In this document: positions 37,261 through 49,465 of the stretch, in pieces
Position numbering within the stretch: position 1 is the stretch's first letter
Layout: every line of letters begins with the position of its first letter
Source of the DNA: Candidatus Multivoradales bacterium
GTDB taxonomy: Bacteria; Acidobacteriota; Thermoanaerobaculia; Multivoradales; J023
Reading direction: 5' to 3'
Assembly: GCA_965248925.1 (NCBI GenBank)
Contig: CBDFLE010000006.1
Coordinates: forward strand, 3,648,001-3,712,000
DNA: 64,000 nt
The notes under the pieces: generated by a model
Databases searched by the model: none
Seen by the model: only the letters and a program-made list of their open reading frames with translations
What the model was told of the DNA's origin: nothing
Translations under genes and position numbers: made by a program

Positions 37261-37770
37261 CGGTTCGGGCGAGAAGCTTCGAAGATTCTGCGGAAGATCT
37301 GGTGCGGCATATCTCGTGCGTGTCGTAAACGGTTGAAAACAATCGCGTGCGACTTGGGTGATACTCTGGAAGCACCCTGGGAGGAGTAGGTCTCGGGGGA
37401 GCACCTCGGGTCAATTGCCTATTCCGACGAAACTGACCAGCCATTCCGATCGAAACCGACCACTTGTCGGAGCGAAGCGACGCTGGCGCTCTCCTCAGTT
37501 GTAAGTGTCCACTTTCGTTGTAGCTGGAGCCCTCCTTCCGGCTCTTCTTCTTGATTGATTGTATTCAAATAACCCGTCGTCGGGGCTGTGCGTAGCTGTG
37601 GGAAACGCAGGTTGGGGGGCAGGGGGGCGTTTTCCAAGCGGTTGTGGGAATCGCAGAGCGATTTCCACAACCGCGGCAGCTTCCACAGTCCATCTTGGGT
37701 CGGGTCCGGATCGGGCCGCAGGCCCGCTGATGGGTCCGGATCGGCGATCGCTTCAGCATGCTCTTGGATC

Positions 37771-38535
37771 TCACCTTGCCTCTCGCTGGGCGGCCTTGCG
37801 AATACCGCCGGCTCTCTTCGCCCGCATGGAGTCACCGTCCACCGCGAGCTTGTAGGCGCCGTGGACAATGCGATCGAGGATGGCGTCGGCCAAGGTCGGA
37901 TCGCCGATGACCTCGTACCAGCTCTCAACCGGTAGCTGGGAGGTCACCAGCGTGGAGCGGTTGCCGTAGCGGTCCTCAAGAATCTCGAGCAGGTCGCGCC
38001 GCTCGCTGGCCCCGATCGGCGCCAGCCCCCAGTCGTCGAGGATGAGCAGGTCTGTGCGAGCATAGCTCTTGAGCAGCTTCTCGTAGCTACCATCACCCCG
38101 CGCGATGGCGAACTGGCGAAACAGCCTCGGCACCCGCAGGTACAAAGCGGTGTAACCCTCCCGACATGCCTTGTGCGCGAAGGCGCAGGCGAGAAAGGTC
38201 TTGCCCACCCCGGCCTTGCCGGTGATCAGCACGTTGAGATGCTCGGCGATCCACTGGCACGAGGCCAGGCGCAGGATCTGGCCTTTGTCCAGGCCCCTCT
38301 TGGCTCGCCAGTCGATGTCTTCGATGGCCGCCTGCTCGCGCAGCTTGGCTTTTCGCAACCGCGCTATCAAGCGGCGGCTGGATCGCTCGGTCGCTTCGCG
38401 CTCGACCAGCAGCCCGAGGCGCTCTTCGAAGGAGAGCTCTGAGACATCGACCATCGACAGCTGCTCCTCAAAGGCTTTGGCCATACCGTGGAGCTTGAGC
38501 GCGGCGAGTTGATCGAGCGTCGCGTGCCTCAGCAT
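37771..38535 (-). CDS. istB: IS21 helper ATPase IstB
   Basis: GKAGVGKT Walker A, LILDDWG Walker B, TSQLPVESW, DAILDRIVH; start overlaps istA stop. Confidence 0.95.
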   Translation of the reverse strand: MLRHATLDQLAALKLHGMAKAFEEQLSMVDVSELSFEERLGLLVEREATERSSRRLIARLRKAKLREQAAIEDIDWRAKRGLDKGQILRLASCQWIAEHLNVLITGKAGVGKTFLACAFAHKACREGYTALYLRVPRLFRQFAIARGDGSYEKLLKSYARTDLLILDDWGLAPIGASERRDLLEILEDRYGNRSTLVTSQLPVESWYEVIGDPTLADAILDRIVHGAYKLAVDGDSMRAKRAGGIRKAAQREAR

Positions 38536-40103
38536 GGCGGCGTCTCCTCGCGGCGCGCGGCACTGTAGTAGCTGGCGCCGCGGACGTTGCGATGCTCGAT
38601 CGGCGCCGTCACTTCGGTGGGCTCGGGCGCTGCTTGCTGGTCCAGGCCGCTCTTCAGGATCGACTTCACGCTCTTGTAGGACAGGCCGTGAATGGCGAGC
38701 GCGCGGCGGCACGCAGCCTCCAAACGATTGGCACCATAGGTCTTGCCCAGGCGCATCAGCCCCAGACACGAGCGAAAGCCGTGCTGAGGATGGGAGCGGT
38801 TAAGCATGATGGTCTCCACCAGTTCGGCCGTCGCCTGGCCTGTTTTCGCCGCCCAGCTGATCAGCCGTGTCGGTGTCCACTCCAGGTACGCCTGGTGCGC
38901 TTTGGGCATGTGCTCGCTCTGGGTCGTGTGCCGACCCCGACACCGATTGCGACGATGAGCAGCCACACGCTTGCCGCGATCGAGCACCTCCACCAGTTGC
39001 GCCGTCGCCCGCAGATCGAGCTGCTTCTTGATCAGCTGGTACGGCACACTGTAATAGTGGCCCTCGAACTCGACGTGGTAGTCCGGGGCAACGCGTACCT
39101 TCTTCCATTCGGCAAGCTCGTAGGGCTGGAGCGGCAAAGCACCCAGAGCAGGACGATCGACCTGCTCGAACAGCGCTCGGCGCGAGACGCCCAACACCTT
39201 CAGCGGACGGTCGTTAAGCTCGACCAGAAGCTTCGCGATGCTCTCGTTGAGCTCTCGCAGGCTGAAGAACTGCTGGTTACGCAGCCGGGCCAGAATCCAG
39301 CGCTCCACTTGCAATACACCGTTTTCGACCTTCGCCTTGTCTTGGGGCTTCCTCACCCGCGCCGGCACCACCGCCACGCCGTAGTGCTCGGCCAACTCCG
39401 CGTAGGTGCGATTGATCTCCGGCTCGTAGCGGCACGGGCTGGTCACGCCGCTCTTCAGATTGTCCGGCACCACCAGCTCGCTCACCCCGCCCAGAGCCGC
39501 GAAGGTCCGCACATGAGAGCCGATCCAGTCCTCCAGGCCCTGGCTCCACGTTGATTCGGCATAGGTGTAGTTGCTCGCCCCCAGCACCGCCACGAAGATC
39601 TGCGCTTCGCGCTCTTTGCCAGTCGCCGGGTCGATCACCCTCACGGTCTGTCCGGCATAGTCGACGAACAGCTTCTCGCCCGCCCGGTAGGCTTGGCGCA
39701 GGCACACATCCAGGCGCCCTTCCCAGATCCGGTACAGCTGACAGAAGCGGCTGAGACCGTAGCCGTCAGGATGGTCCTCCCGGTACTCCTGCCACAGCAG
39801 CGACAGGGTTACGCACTTCTTCTTCAGCTCGCCATGCACCTTGGTCCAGTCGGGCAAGGCTCGCTGACCACCCCTCCGAAGCGGCTGCGGCCGAGGGTAC
39901 AGGCGTTGCTCCAGCTCAGCGTCGCTCAAAGCTGCTACTTGCTCCCAGCTCAGGCCTTCAACCTTGGCTCGCAGCAGGTAGTTGCACACCGTCCCGTGGC
40001 CCAGCCGAACCGACCGTCCGATCTGGCGGTGCGACAGGCCATGCTGCCATTTCAGTCTCAGTACCTCGCGTATCTTGCGCATCGATGTCCTCACTCTCGG
40101 CAT
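38529..40103 (-). CDS. istA: IS21 DDE transposase IstA
   Basis: HTH N-terminus, FVDYAG, VPDNLKSGV, KPQDKAKVENGV, HYYSVPY. Confidence 0.95.
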   Translation of the reverse strand: MPRVRTSMRKIREVLRLKWQHGLSHRQIGRSVRLGHGTVCNYLLRAKVEGLSWEQVAALSDAELEQRLYPRPQPLRRGGQRALPDWTKVHGELKKKCVTLSLLWQEYREDHPDGYGLSRFCQLYRIWEGRLDVCLRQAYRAGEKLFVDYAGQTVRVIDPATGKEREAQIFVAVLGASNYTYAESTWSQGLEDWIGSHVRTFAALGGVSELVVPDNLKSGVTSPCRYEPEINRTYAELAEHYGVAVVPARVRKPQDKAKVENGVLQVERWILARLRNQQFFSLRELNESIAKLLVELNDRPLKVLGVSRRALFEQVDRPALGALPLQPYELAEWKKVRVAPDYHVEFEGHYYSVPYQLIKKQLDLRATAQLVEVLDRGKRVAAHRRNRCRGRHTTQSEHMPKAHQAYLEWTPTRLISWAAKTGQATAELVETIMLNRSHPQHGFRSCLGLMRLGKTYGANRLEAACRRALAIHGLSYKSVKSILKSGLDQQAAPEPTEVTAPIEHRNVRGASYYSAARREETPPC

Positions 40104-40317
40104 CCAATCCTCCTTTCAAGGAGGCTGGAATACCCCAATTGTGAGGAGCGCGCTACCGTCGAACTCCGCCGTGGCCAGGATTCCGATCCAATCTGACCAC
40201 CCATTCCGATCGACCCGGAAAAGTGGTCACTTTCGATCGGAATCGATGGTCAGATTCCGTTGGAATCACTGGTCACTTTCAATCGGAATCGGTGGTCGGT
40301 TTCCGTCGGTGCAGGCA

Positions 40318-41063
40318 TAGGTACCTGACGATTGTCGTCGACCATGACCGCCGTCGCTTCGTTTGGACGGGCGAAGGCAAGAGTTCCGAGACACAGGCCC
40401 TTCTTCGAACTCCTGGGCGAGCAACAGTGCCAGAAGATCGAGACGGTCACCATCGACCTTTCCGCAGCCTTCATCAAGGCCGTCCGTGAAGGGCTGTCGA
40501 AAGCAGAGGTGGTCTTCGATCGCTTCCATGTACAGCGCTTGGCCTCCGACGCGGTTGACGAAGTGCGGCGCAGCATCGTACGCGAGCTGGCGATCGATCC
40601 CGAGAGGGCTCGAGCCGTCAAGAGCACGCGATACGTCCTGCTCGAGCATCCCTGGAACCTGAGTCGCGCGCAGCGCAGAAAGCTGGCGGAAATCCAAGCT
40701 ACGAAACGGCGCCTGTACCGGGCTTACCTCCCCAAGGAGACGTTGGCTCAAGCCCTCGACTATCGCCAACCCTGGCGGGCAGAGATGGCACTCGGCGAAT
40801 GGCTGGCTTGGGCGTCGAGATCTAAGCTCAAGCCCTTTGTCAAGGCCGCTCGAACGATCCGCAAACACCGGGCCGGCATTCTCGCCTACATCAGAACACG
40901 CCTCACCAATGGACTCGTCGAAGGCATCAACGGGAAGATCAGAATGATCGCCCGACGTGCTTTTGGTTTCCACCCCCATCAAGCAATCTCTGCCATGATC
41001 GTCCTCAACTGTGGCGGCATCAAACTACAGCCTCCGGTACCCACTGTAAGTTGAGGAGAGTCC
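40318..41063 (+). pseudogene. ISL3-family transposase remnant (5'-truncated by IS21, frameshifted) with right end
   Basis: YLTIVVDHD..GEGKSSET / frameshift / TIDLSAAF..VVFDRFHV..TNGLVEGINGKIRMIARRAFGF; stop at 41054 followed by gaggagagtcc end-like motif. Confidence 0.85.
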
Positions 41064-41081
41064 GAAGTTTGGATTCAGTCG

Positions 41082-41107
41082 CGGGCTCGTCTCGGTAACC
41101 GAGCCCG
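41082..41107. terminator. Hairpin downstream of DUF4340/gld-like operon
   Basis: cgggctcg-N10-cgagcccg inverted repeat 13 nt past the minus-strand stop. Confidence 0.5.
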
Positions 41108-41120
41108 TCGGATGGGTGGC

Positions 41121-42155
41121 TCAGGCGTTCTCGACCAAGTCGCGCTTCTTCAGCCGGGCTTTGTCGGCGGTAGCTTCGGAGACTTCGTAGATCCAGGAGC
41201 CGTGGTAGGTGTTGAACTCGTGGATCTCGTCGACGCGGGCCAGGATCTCGCTTTTCTCTTTCACCGTCTCTTCGTCGTCATCAGGGTCGATTTCGATCGA
41301 GGTGATGGTGGAGAAGCCCTGGATGCGTAAGTAGTGTTTGCCGTCGCGGCTGGCAACCGCCAGGTCGTAGCCGGTCTTGTCGTCGAGTTCGATGCTCAGG
41401 GAATCGCGAAAGTACAGCCCTTGCACCTCGGGGTCATCAGCGAGAAAATGATGGTCGAAACGCAAGTAGGAAAGGGCTCCCTTAGCTTGACTGGCCTTGG
41501 AGGTGTTTTCTTTCTTACCCGCCGGTAGGTCCGCCAACTGCAAAGTGCCGTCGATGGTTTCAAATGAGAAGTCGACGCCGCGGATGGCCACCACGCTGCT
41601 CGCCTGCACATCGAGGATCTCCTGGTCGAGGAAGTCGTCGGCGCCGCTGGAGAAACTCACCCGCGAGCTGGTGAGGTAGATCGCGGTGTCTTCGCCGTCG
41701 GTGCGGCGGATGTAGTTGCCATCACCGTCCTCGCGCTCGGCACCGATCAAGAAGCTGACCATGTCGTTGCCAGCGGCGTTCTTGAGCACTACCTGGCGGG
41801 TGTCGTCGCCAGCTTCTTTGACCTTGAGTTCCTCAGCCAACGAGTCGCCAGCGCCAATCTTTTTTTCCAAACCCAGGTCGAGGACGTCGCGGATGAAGCG
41901 ATTGACCGCCTCGTTGCGGGTGCGATAGCCGCCGGCGGTGACTACTGAGAAACGGTCGTTACCGCGTCGCAAGTGAGTCGTCTCGCCCTCCGCGGTGATC
42001 AGGATCTCGGCGATCTCGTCAGGATTGAGGTTGGAGAGGAACTTCTGTCCGCGCTCGAAACGCTCGGCGCGGGTGACGCTGTCGCGATAGCTCCAGGCCG
42101 AAAGTAGCAGCAGCAGGGTCGCAGCCGGCAGCAGAATGCGGTTGATCTTCAGCAT
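41121..42155 (-). CDS. DUF4340-like periplasmic accessory protein
   Basis: N-terminal TM, acidic beta-rich body (SFLIG..NYIRR..IYL); last gene of gldAFG-like operon. Confidence 0.75.
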   Translation of the reverse strand: MLKINRILLPAATLLLLLSAWSYRDSVTRAERFERGQKFLSNLNPDEIAEILITAEGETTHLRRGNDRFSVVTAGGYRTRNEAVNRFIRDVLDLGLEKKIGAGDSLAEELKVKEAGDDTRQVVLKNAAGNDMVSFLIGAEREDGDGNYIRRTDGEDTAIYLTSSRVSFSSGADDFLDQEILDVQASSVVAIRGVDFSFETIDGTLQLADLPAGKKENTSKASQAKGALSYLRFDHHFLADDPEVQGLYFRDSLSIELDDKTGYDLAVASRDGKHYLRIQGFSTITSIEIDPDDDEETVKEKSEILARVDEIHEFNTYHGSWIYEVSEATADKARLKKRDLVENA

Positions 42156-44200
42156 TATTGGCCTCTCCGTGCCAGCTTGTCCGAGCGTCGCCGGCGGATG
42201 AACAATGCCAGCCCCAGGGCCAGTACCAGCGATGGGGTGACGAATAGGGTGGAGAAGCGAACCTGCCGCTCTTCACCTGCCAGCGCCCGGCGCTTTTCCT
42301 TGCGGATCTCGCGCAGTTCGCCGTTGGCTTGTTGGATGCGGTCGTTGAGGTCGTTGACCTCGTCTTGCAACTGCTTCTGGAAGAGAGCAGCGTTTTTCGA
42401 TCCCAGCCCACGCTGCTTCTCGTTGAGCTCGTCCTGGAAGCGCTCGATCTCGGCGCGCAACTGACCTTCGCGTTCGAGAGTGTCGCGGTCGGCCCGTGCC
42501 TCGATCTCGTCGAAGAGCAGGAACGGCCGCTGAATCGGTTTCTTGCCGCGGACCTTCATCAACTCTTCGGAGCCGAGCAGGAAGTCGACCGAATTGAGCA
42601 GCACCTTGTAGTTGTCGTTCGCCGCCGCGGTGCCGAAGAAGCTCTGCTGGAAGGCGATCTGGTCGCTGAGCAAGTCGACATCGGCATAGACCAACACAGT
42701 GGCCGCCGCCCGCTGATCTTCGGGCACCGGCGTCTTGTCGATCATCTCGGCGTCGGCGGCGGGCGGCATCTGCATACCGGGAGGCAGACCCGGTGGTGGC
42801 GCTGGGGTCGAGGCCGGGAACGAACCGCCTTCAGGGAAGGCTGAGTCCAGCTTGCCACTGATCGCGTAAGCCAGCACCACCGGCGCAGTGCCGGGCTCGA
42901 AGTGGTCGGCCAGCTTGCCCGGATTGTTGACGTCGGCGAAGGTCAGGGTCTCTCCGCTGGGGAAACCGGCCTGGATTTGCAGCGTGCCTCCCTCGGCGGT
43001 GGTGGTGATCAGCGGAGTGCGCTCGATCTCGTCGCTGGCTCCGTCGACCGTCTCCAACGCGCCGGCGAGGAAGAAGCGTAGGTCGGTGACCCCTTGGAAA
43101 ATCGGATGCCCCGGCGCCAGAGTAGAACCAGTTGTTTGGGCGTTGATCGCCAGGTCGACCAGCAGCCTTTGAGCTGGACCACGCTGGGCTACCGGCCGGC
43201 TGACCGCCAGGTTGAAGTCCGCGGCCACCTGATCTTCGATTCTTCGCACGCCCCACTTCTCAAGCAACTTGGCGAGGTTTGACGACGGCTTGTACTGCAT
43301 CGCCGCCCACGGTTGTTGCGGGTTCTGTGGCGGTTGGTCGTCGATCGAGTAGGGATCGAGAAAGATCAGCGTATTGCCTCCCTTGACCACCCACTCGTCG
43401 ATGGCGAAGAGGGCCTTCTCGGGCAAGTCGCGGGGGTGGATCACCAACAGCAGGTCGAGTTTTTCGGCCGACAGGGAATCGGTGTCGGCGTCGATCTTCT
43501 GCACCGCGTAGGTCTCCTCTAGCAGTTTCATTGCTAGCCACGACTCTTGCGGCCGCTTGCCTTGGGCGGCGAGGATCTGCGCCATGTAGGGGTTCGAGGC
43601 GTCGGAGATCACCGGCAGGCCGGCGAGCACTCCGAGGCGCTGCCGGGTGGGCCAGATCAAGTTATGCAGGCGCTTCGAGATCTCGTATTCGACGGTCTCC
43701 TGGCGGTTGGGCCAGAGGAAGTCGATGACTTCTTTGCTGCCGGTCTGGGTCTCCAGCACCAAGCCGAAGAAGAAGAGATCGCCATATTGATTGATCGGCT
43801 TGCCGTCAAGGCCGAAGGCCAGGGCGTCTTGCGCCTCGTCGGAATCCGGTGCCGGATCGATGAAGGCGACCTTGACTTTGCCTTGGGACTGAGTCTCGTA
43901 CTCCTTGAGCAGCGCCCGCAGGTACTTCTCGTAAGTGAGGAAGTCCTTGATGAACTCGGGCAGGGTCTTGCCGGTGGTCTCTGAGAAGTAGAGGGTCATG
44001 TCGAGCGGCTTGACGCCTTCGGACTGCATCCGCCCGAGGATCATCTCGGTGCCTTCTGAGAGGGAGTAGAGGTCGTCGGCGGTGAGATCGGCGCGGGCGC
44101 CTTCAGTGAACCGCGACAGGACGTGGATCGATAGCACGGCGACCACGGCGATCAACACCAGGGTGGTTAGCCGGCTGTTCAAGATTCTTTGTAAATTCAT
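42155..44200 (-). CDS. GldG-like ABC transporter auxiliary component
   Basis: DLTADDLYSLSEGT, EYEISK, IDEWVVKGGNTLIFLDP, N..LLNSVDFL, coiled coil + C-terminal TM. Confidence 0.88.
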   Translation of the reverse strand: MNLQRILNSRLTTLVLIAVVAVLSIHVLSRFTEGARADLTADDLYSLSEGTEMILGRMQSEGVKPLDMTLYFSETTGKTLPEFIKDFLTYEKYLRALLKEYETQSQGKVKVAFIDPAPDSDEAQDALAFGLDGKPINQYGDLFFFGLVLETQTGSKEVIDFLWPNRQETVEYEISKRLHNLIWPTRQRLGVLAGLPVISDASNPYMAQILAAQGKRPQESWLAMKLLEETYAVQKIDADTDSLSAEKLDLLLVIHPRDLPEKALFAIDEWVVKGGNTLIFLDPYSIDDQPPQNPQQPWAAMQYKPSSNLAKLLEKWGVRRIEDQVAADFNLAVSRPVAQRGPAQRLLVDLAINAQTTGSTLAPGHPIFQGVTDLRFFLAGALETVDGASDEIERTPLITTTAEGGTLQIQAGFPSGETLTFADVNNPGKLADHFEPGTAPVVLAYAISGKLDSAFPEGGSFPASTPAPPPGLPPGMQMPPAADAEMIDKTPVPEDQRAAATVLVYADVDLLSDQIAFQQSFFGTAAANDNYKVLLNSVDFLLGSEELMKVRGKKPIQRPFLLFDEIEARADRDTLEREGQLRAEIERFQDELNEKQRGLGSKNAALFQKQLQDEVNDLNDRIQQANGELREIRKEKRRALAGEERQVRFSTLFVTPSLVLALGLALFIRRRRSDKLARRGQ

Positions 44201-44213
44201 CCCGAAGATCTCC

Positions 44214-45002
44214 TCAGGAAGCCTTGGTGCGGTCTAGGGCCAGCATGCCGCAGGCCAACCAACCGAGGGTGAAAATGGCGAAGAAGCCAAGGGTCGAAAG
44301 CTCCAGCAGGCCACGGGTCAGGGTGTCGAAGTGATCCGGAATGCTCAGCGCCTCGAACAGCTGCTCGGCGTAGCCGCCGAAGGTGTTGCCGATGAATTCC
44401 AGCGACTGCGGCAGGCCGATAATCAAGAAGAACACTGTCGCCGCGGTGCCGAGGATGAAGGCCACTACCTGATTCTTGGTGATCGCCGAGAACAACATGC
44501 TGATCGCCAAATAGCAGCCGGCAAGCAGGAACGAGCCAAGGTAGCCAGTGAGGATCACTCCCCAATCCGGATCGCCGAGGCGAGCGATCTGCAACAGCAG
44601 AGGGAAGCTGAGCAGCAGGGAGAAGCCGAGGAAGCACCAGCCGGCCAGGAACTTGCCGAGATAGGAAGCCTCGAGGGTGATTGGCAGGGTGAAGAGCAAC
44701 TCCACCGTGCCGCTCTTGCGCTCCTCGGCCCACAGCCGCATGGCCACCGCCGGCACTAGCACGACGAACAACCAAGGTAGGTAGGAAAAGAACGGATCGA
44801 GGCTGGCTTGGCGCAGCTCGAGAAAGCGTCCGAAGTCGCGCGACAGGGTCAGCCAACCGCTGGCGACCAGGAAGATGACGATGAAGATGTAGCCCAAGGG
44901 CGAGGAAAAATAGCCCTTGAACTCACGCTTGAAGATCGCCTTCAAGCCGGTCAGCGGACCGTTCTTGTAGGCGGTGCTGCCGTAAGAATCGGAATGGCTC
45001 AT
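44214..45002 (-). CDS. GldF-like ABC-2 permease
   Basis: REFKGYFSSPLGY, AMRLWAEERKSGTVELLFTLP, KNQVVAF. Confidence 0.9.
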   Translation of the reverse strand: MSHSDSYGSTAYKNGPLTGLKAIFKREFKGYFSSPLGYIFIVIFLVASGWLTLSRDFGRFLELRQASLDPFFSYLPWLFVVLVPAVAMRLWAEERKSGTVELLFTLPITLEASYLGKFLAGWCFLGFSLLLSFPLLLQIARLGDPDWGVILTGYLGSFLLAGCYLAISMLFSAITKNQVVAFILGTAATVFFLIIGLPQSLEFIGNTFGGYAEQLFEALSIPDHFDTLTRGLLELSTLGFFAIFTLGWLACGMLALDRTKAS

Positions 45003-45949
45003 CAACTGGTTGCTCCCTGGGTCATTTGGCGGAACAGGTCGTCGAGCCGGCCTTCTTGCAGATGGCAGCTGGCGACGTCAGTGCCGTCGAGCAGGGCCAG
45101 CAAGTCGGCGAGGTGATCGGCTCCCTGTTGCGGGTAGATCAGCCACCGCAGTTCGCTGGGTTGTTCAACTCGGGCGCACCAGGGCTCGGCCTCGATACGG
45201 GCGGCGAGTTCGGCTGCGGGGGCGAGCAAGTCGAGGCGGATGAGGTTGTGGTTCGGTGCCTGGGTGATCAGCTCTTGGGGGGTCGAATCGACCAGGATCT
45301 TGCCTTCTGAGATGATCAACGCTCGATTGCAGATCTTCTCCACTTCGTCGAGGATGTGGGTCGAGAGGATGATGCACTTATTGCGCGACAGGCTGCTGAT
45401 CAGCTCTTGCACCATCGCCTTCTGATTCGGATCGAGGCCATCGGTGGGCTCGTCGAGGATCAGCACCTCGGGATCGTGGATTAACGCCTGGGCCAGGCCG
45501 ACCCGGCGTTTGAAGCCTTTCGACAGGGTGTCGATGGTCTGGTGGCGCACCCGCCCCAGGCCAGTGTCGGCGATGACCTTGTCGATCGCTGCTGCCGGGT
45601 TTGCCACCTCGCGGGCCTCGGCGATGAATTCGAGGAAGCTGGCGACGGTCATCTCACTATAGGCCGGGGCGTTCTCGGGCAGGTAGCCGATCCGCTGCCG
45701 GGCGGCCAGCGAATCGCTAGCCAGATCGTGACCGGCGACAGCCACGCGGCCGGCATCGGGTTCGAGGAAGCCGGTGATAATGCGCATGGCGGTGGTCTTG
45801 CCGGCGCCGTTGGGACCAAGAAAGCCCAAAATGTCGCCACGCCGCACGTCGAAACTGATGCCGTCGACAGCGCGAATCGGTCCGTAATGCTTGTGCAGAT
45901 CCCGGACTTCGACCAGGGTCTCGGCACCGGGGCTGGTGTGCTCCTCCAT
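45002..45949 (-). CDS. GldA-like ABC ATP-binding protein
   Basis: GPNGAGKTT, LSKGFKRRVGLAQA, ILDEPTDGLDPNQ, STHIL. Confidence 0.93.
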   Translation of the reverse strand: MEEHTSPGAETLVEVRDLHKHYGPIRAVDGISFDVRRGDILGFLGPNGAGKTTAMRIITGFLEPDAGRVAVAGHDLASDSLAARQRIGYLPENAPAYSEMTVASFLEFIAEAREVANPAAAIDKVIADTGLGRVRHQTIDTLSKGFKRRVGLAQALIHDPEVLILDEPTDGLDPNQKAMVQELISSLSRNKCIILSTHILDEVEKICNRALIISEGKILVDSTPQELITQAPNHNLIRLDLLAPAAELAARIEAEPWCARVEQPSELRWLIYPQQGADHLADLLALLDGTDVASCHLQEGRLDDLFRQMTQGATS

Positions 45950-46336
45950 GGATACCTCGCTGAAGTGTTGCAATTAGTGTCTTCTTAGGAACCAAAACGG
46001 CCGGCCTACGCGTCAGATTGACACACCTTCCGCCCGCGGCTTGGTCTAAGACGCGTCAATAGACCGGAAAGAACGCGGATAAAGCAGAAAGCGTGCCAGA
46101 GGTGGCAGCCGATGCCGGATCCGCGCCGCGCGGCTGCTAGGATCCAGTTGGTCGAGCGACTTGAAAGATTTTGCCCTCGACAAGGCGGAGGGCGTGGTGC
46201 GCAAGGCCGGCGCAGCGGTCGATGAGATGCGGGCCGAATAGCATCGGTCGCCCGTCGCGAGGTGGTTTCAGATAGCCTCGTTCCCTCGCGGCGGTCCATT
46301 CTGGGCCGCCGCGTCCGATTGAGCAGGAGAGAGCAA

Positions 46337-48700
<2,364 letters not shown>

Positions 48701-48721
48701 GAAGGAGGGGCGAGAGCTGCG

Positions 48722-49288
48722 ATGGAGGCCCGACCCCATGCCGTGACCCAGTTGTTGCTGGATTGGAACGAAGGCAGCGAACAGGCCCTCGACCAGTTGA
48801 TCCCGCTGGTCTATCAAGAGCTGCGACGTCTCGCCCAGCACGCGCTGGCGGGCGAACGTGACAGTGGGTTAGATGGCACCGTCCTGGTCCACGAAACCTA
48901 CCTCAAGTTGATCGATCAGCGCCGCGTGCGGTGGCGCAACCGAGCCCATTTTTTTGCTCTTGCCGGCCGCCTGATGCGCCGCATCCTGGTCGACCACGCG
49001 CGCCGTCGTAGGGCGGCCAAACGCGGTGGTGGCCGCCCCCTGACCTTGGTCGAGGGAGTTACCTCGGAGCGCCCGGTCAACATCGACCTGATTGCCTTGG
49101 ATGAGGCGCTGAACGATCTCTGCGAGTTCGACAAGCGCCAAGCGAGCATTGTCGAGATGCGCTTCTTCAGCGGTTTGACGGTGCGCGAAACCGCCGCTGT
49201 GATGGAGATCTCGCCGGCCACGGTGAAACGCGAATGGAGCATGGCCAAGGCTTGGCTGTTCGGTCGCTTGGCTAGCGCGCCGGCTTGA
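48722..49288 (+). CDS. ECF sigma factor, kinase-associated type (ECF43 / TIGR02999-like)
   Basis: VTQLL..W..G, LIPLVYQELRRLA, TVLVHETYLKL, NRAHFFA..MRRILVDHAR..KRGG, TVKREWSMAKAWL. Confidence 0.92.
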   Translation: MEARPHAVTQLLLDWNEGSEQALDQLIPLVYQELRRLAQHALAGERDSGLDGTVLVHETYLKLIDQRRVRWRNRAHFFALAGRLMRRILVDHARRRRAAKRGGGRPLTLVEGVTSERPVNIDLIALDEALNDLCEFDKRQASIVEMRFFSGLTVRETAAVMEISPATVKREWSMAKAWLFGRLASAPA

Positions 49289-49300
49289 ATTGTTGATTTC

Positions 49301-49330
49301 TGAGCCCTGGTCGGTTTGTTTTGCGCGTTA
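49301..49330 (+). promoter_or_regulatory. Candidate ECF-type promoter upstream of the 920-aa gene
   Basis: TGAGCC-N17-CGCGTTA 12 nt after the sigma stop; CGT core typical of ECF -10 elements. Confidence 0.4.
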
Positions 49331-49465
49331 TGGGAGCTACCGCAGATTCTCGTTGCCATGAGGGTGTCTACGAAGGCTGCCCACGGGGTCGGGCAATCTT
49401 GGGAATCGGACGGTGGGTGATTTTTGAATCCGCGGCCCGGGTGCCGGCGGAGAAAGGAGCTTCCG

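Larger units (their letters stand above)
37416..40317 (-). mobile_element. IS21-family insertion sequence (complete, ~2.9 kb)
   Basis: Terminal IRs TGCCTATTCCGACGAAACTGACCA (37416) and TGCCTGCACCGACGGAAACCGACCA (rc, 40317); ~23-bp subterminal repeats ATTCCGAT..TGACCA; istA-istB inside; no target-site duplication visible. Confidence 0.95.

Noticed and set aside
40180-40317. CRISPR-like ~23-bp periodic repeats
   Set aside because: Adjacent degenerate repeats without unique spacers, mirrored at 37416-37475; these are IS21 transposase-binding repeats; no cas genes
36662-41268. Diversity-generating retroelement TR/VR pair
   Set aside because: Mismatches involve all four bases and indels rather than adenines only, and no reverse transcriptase is in the window
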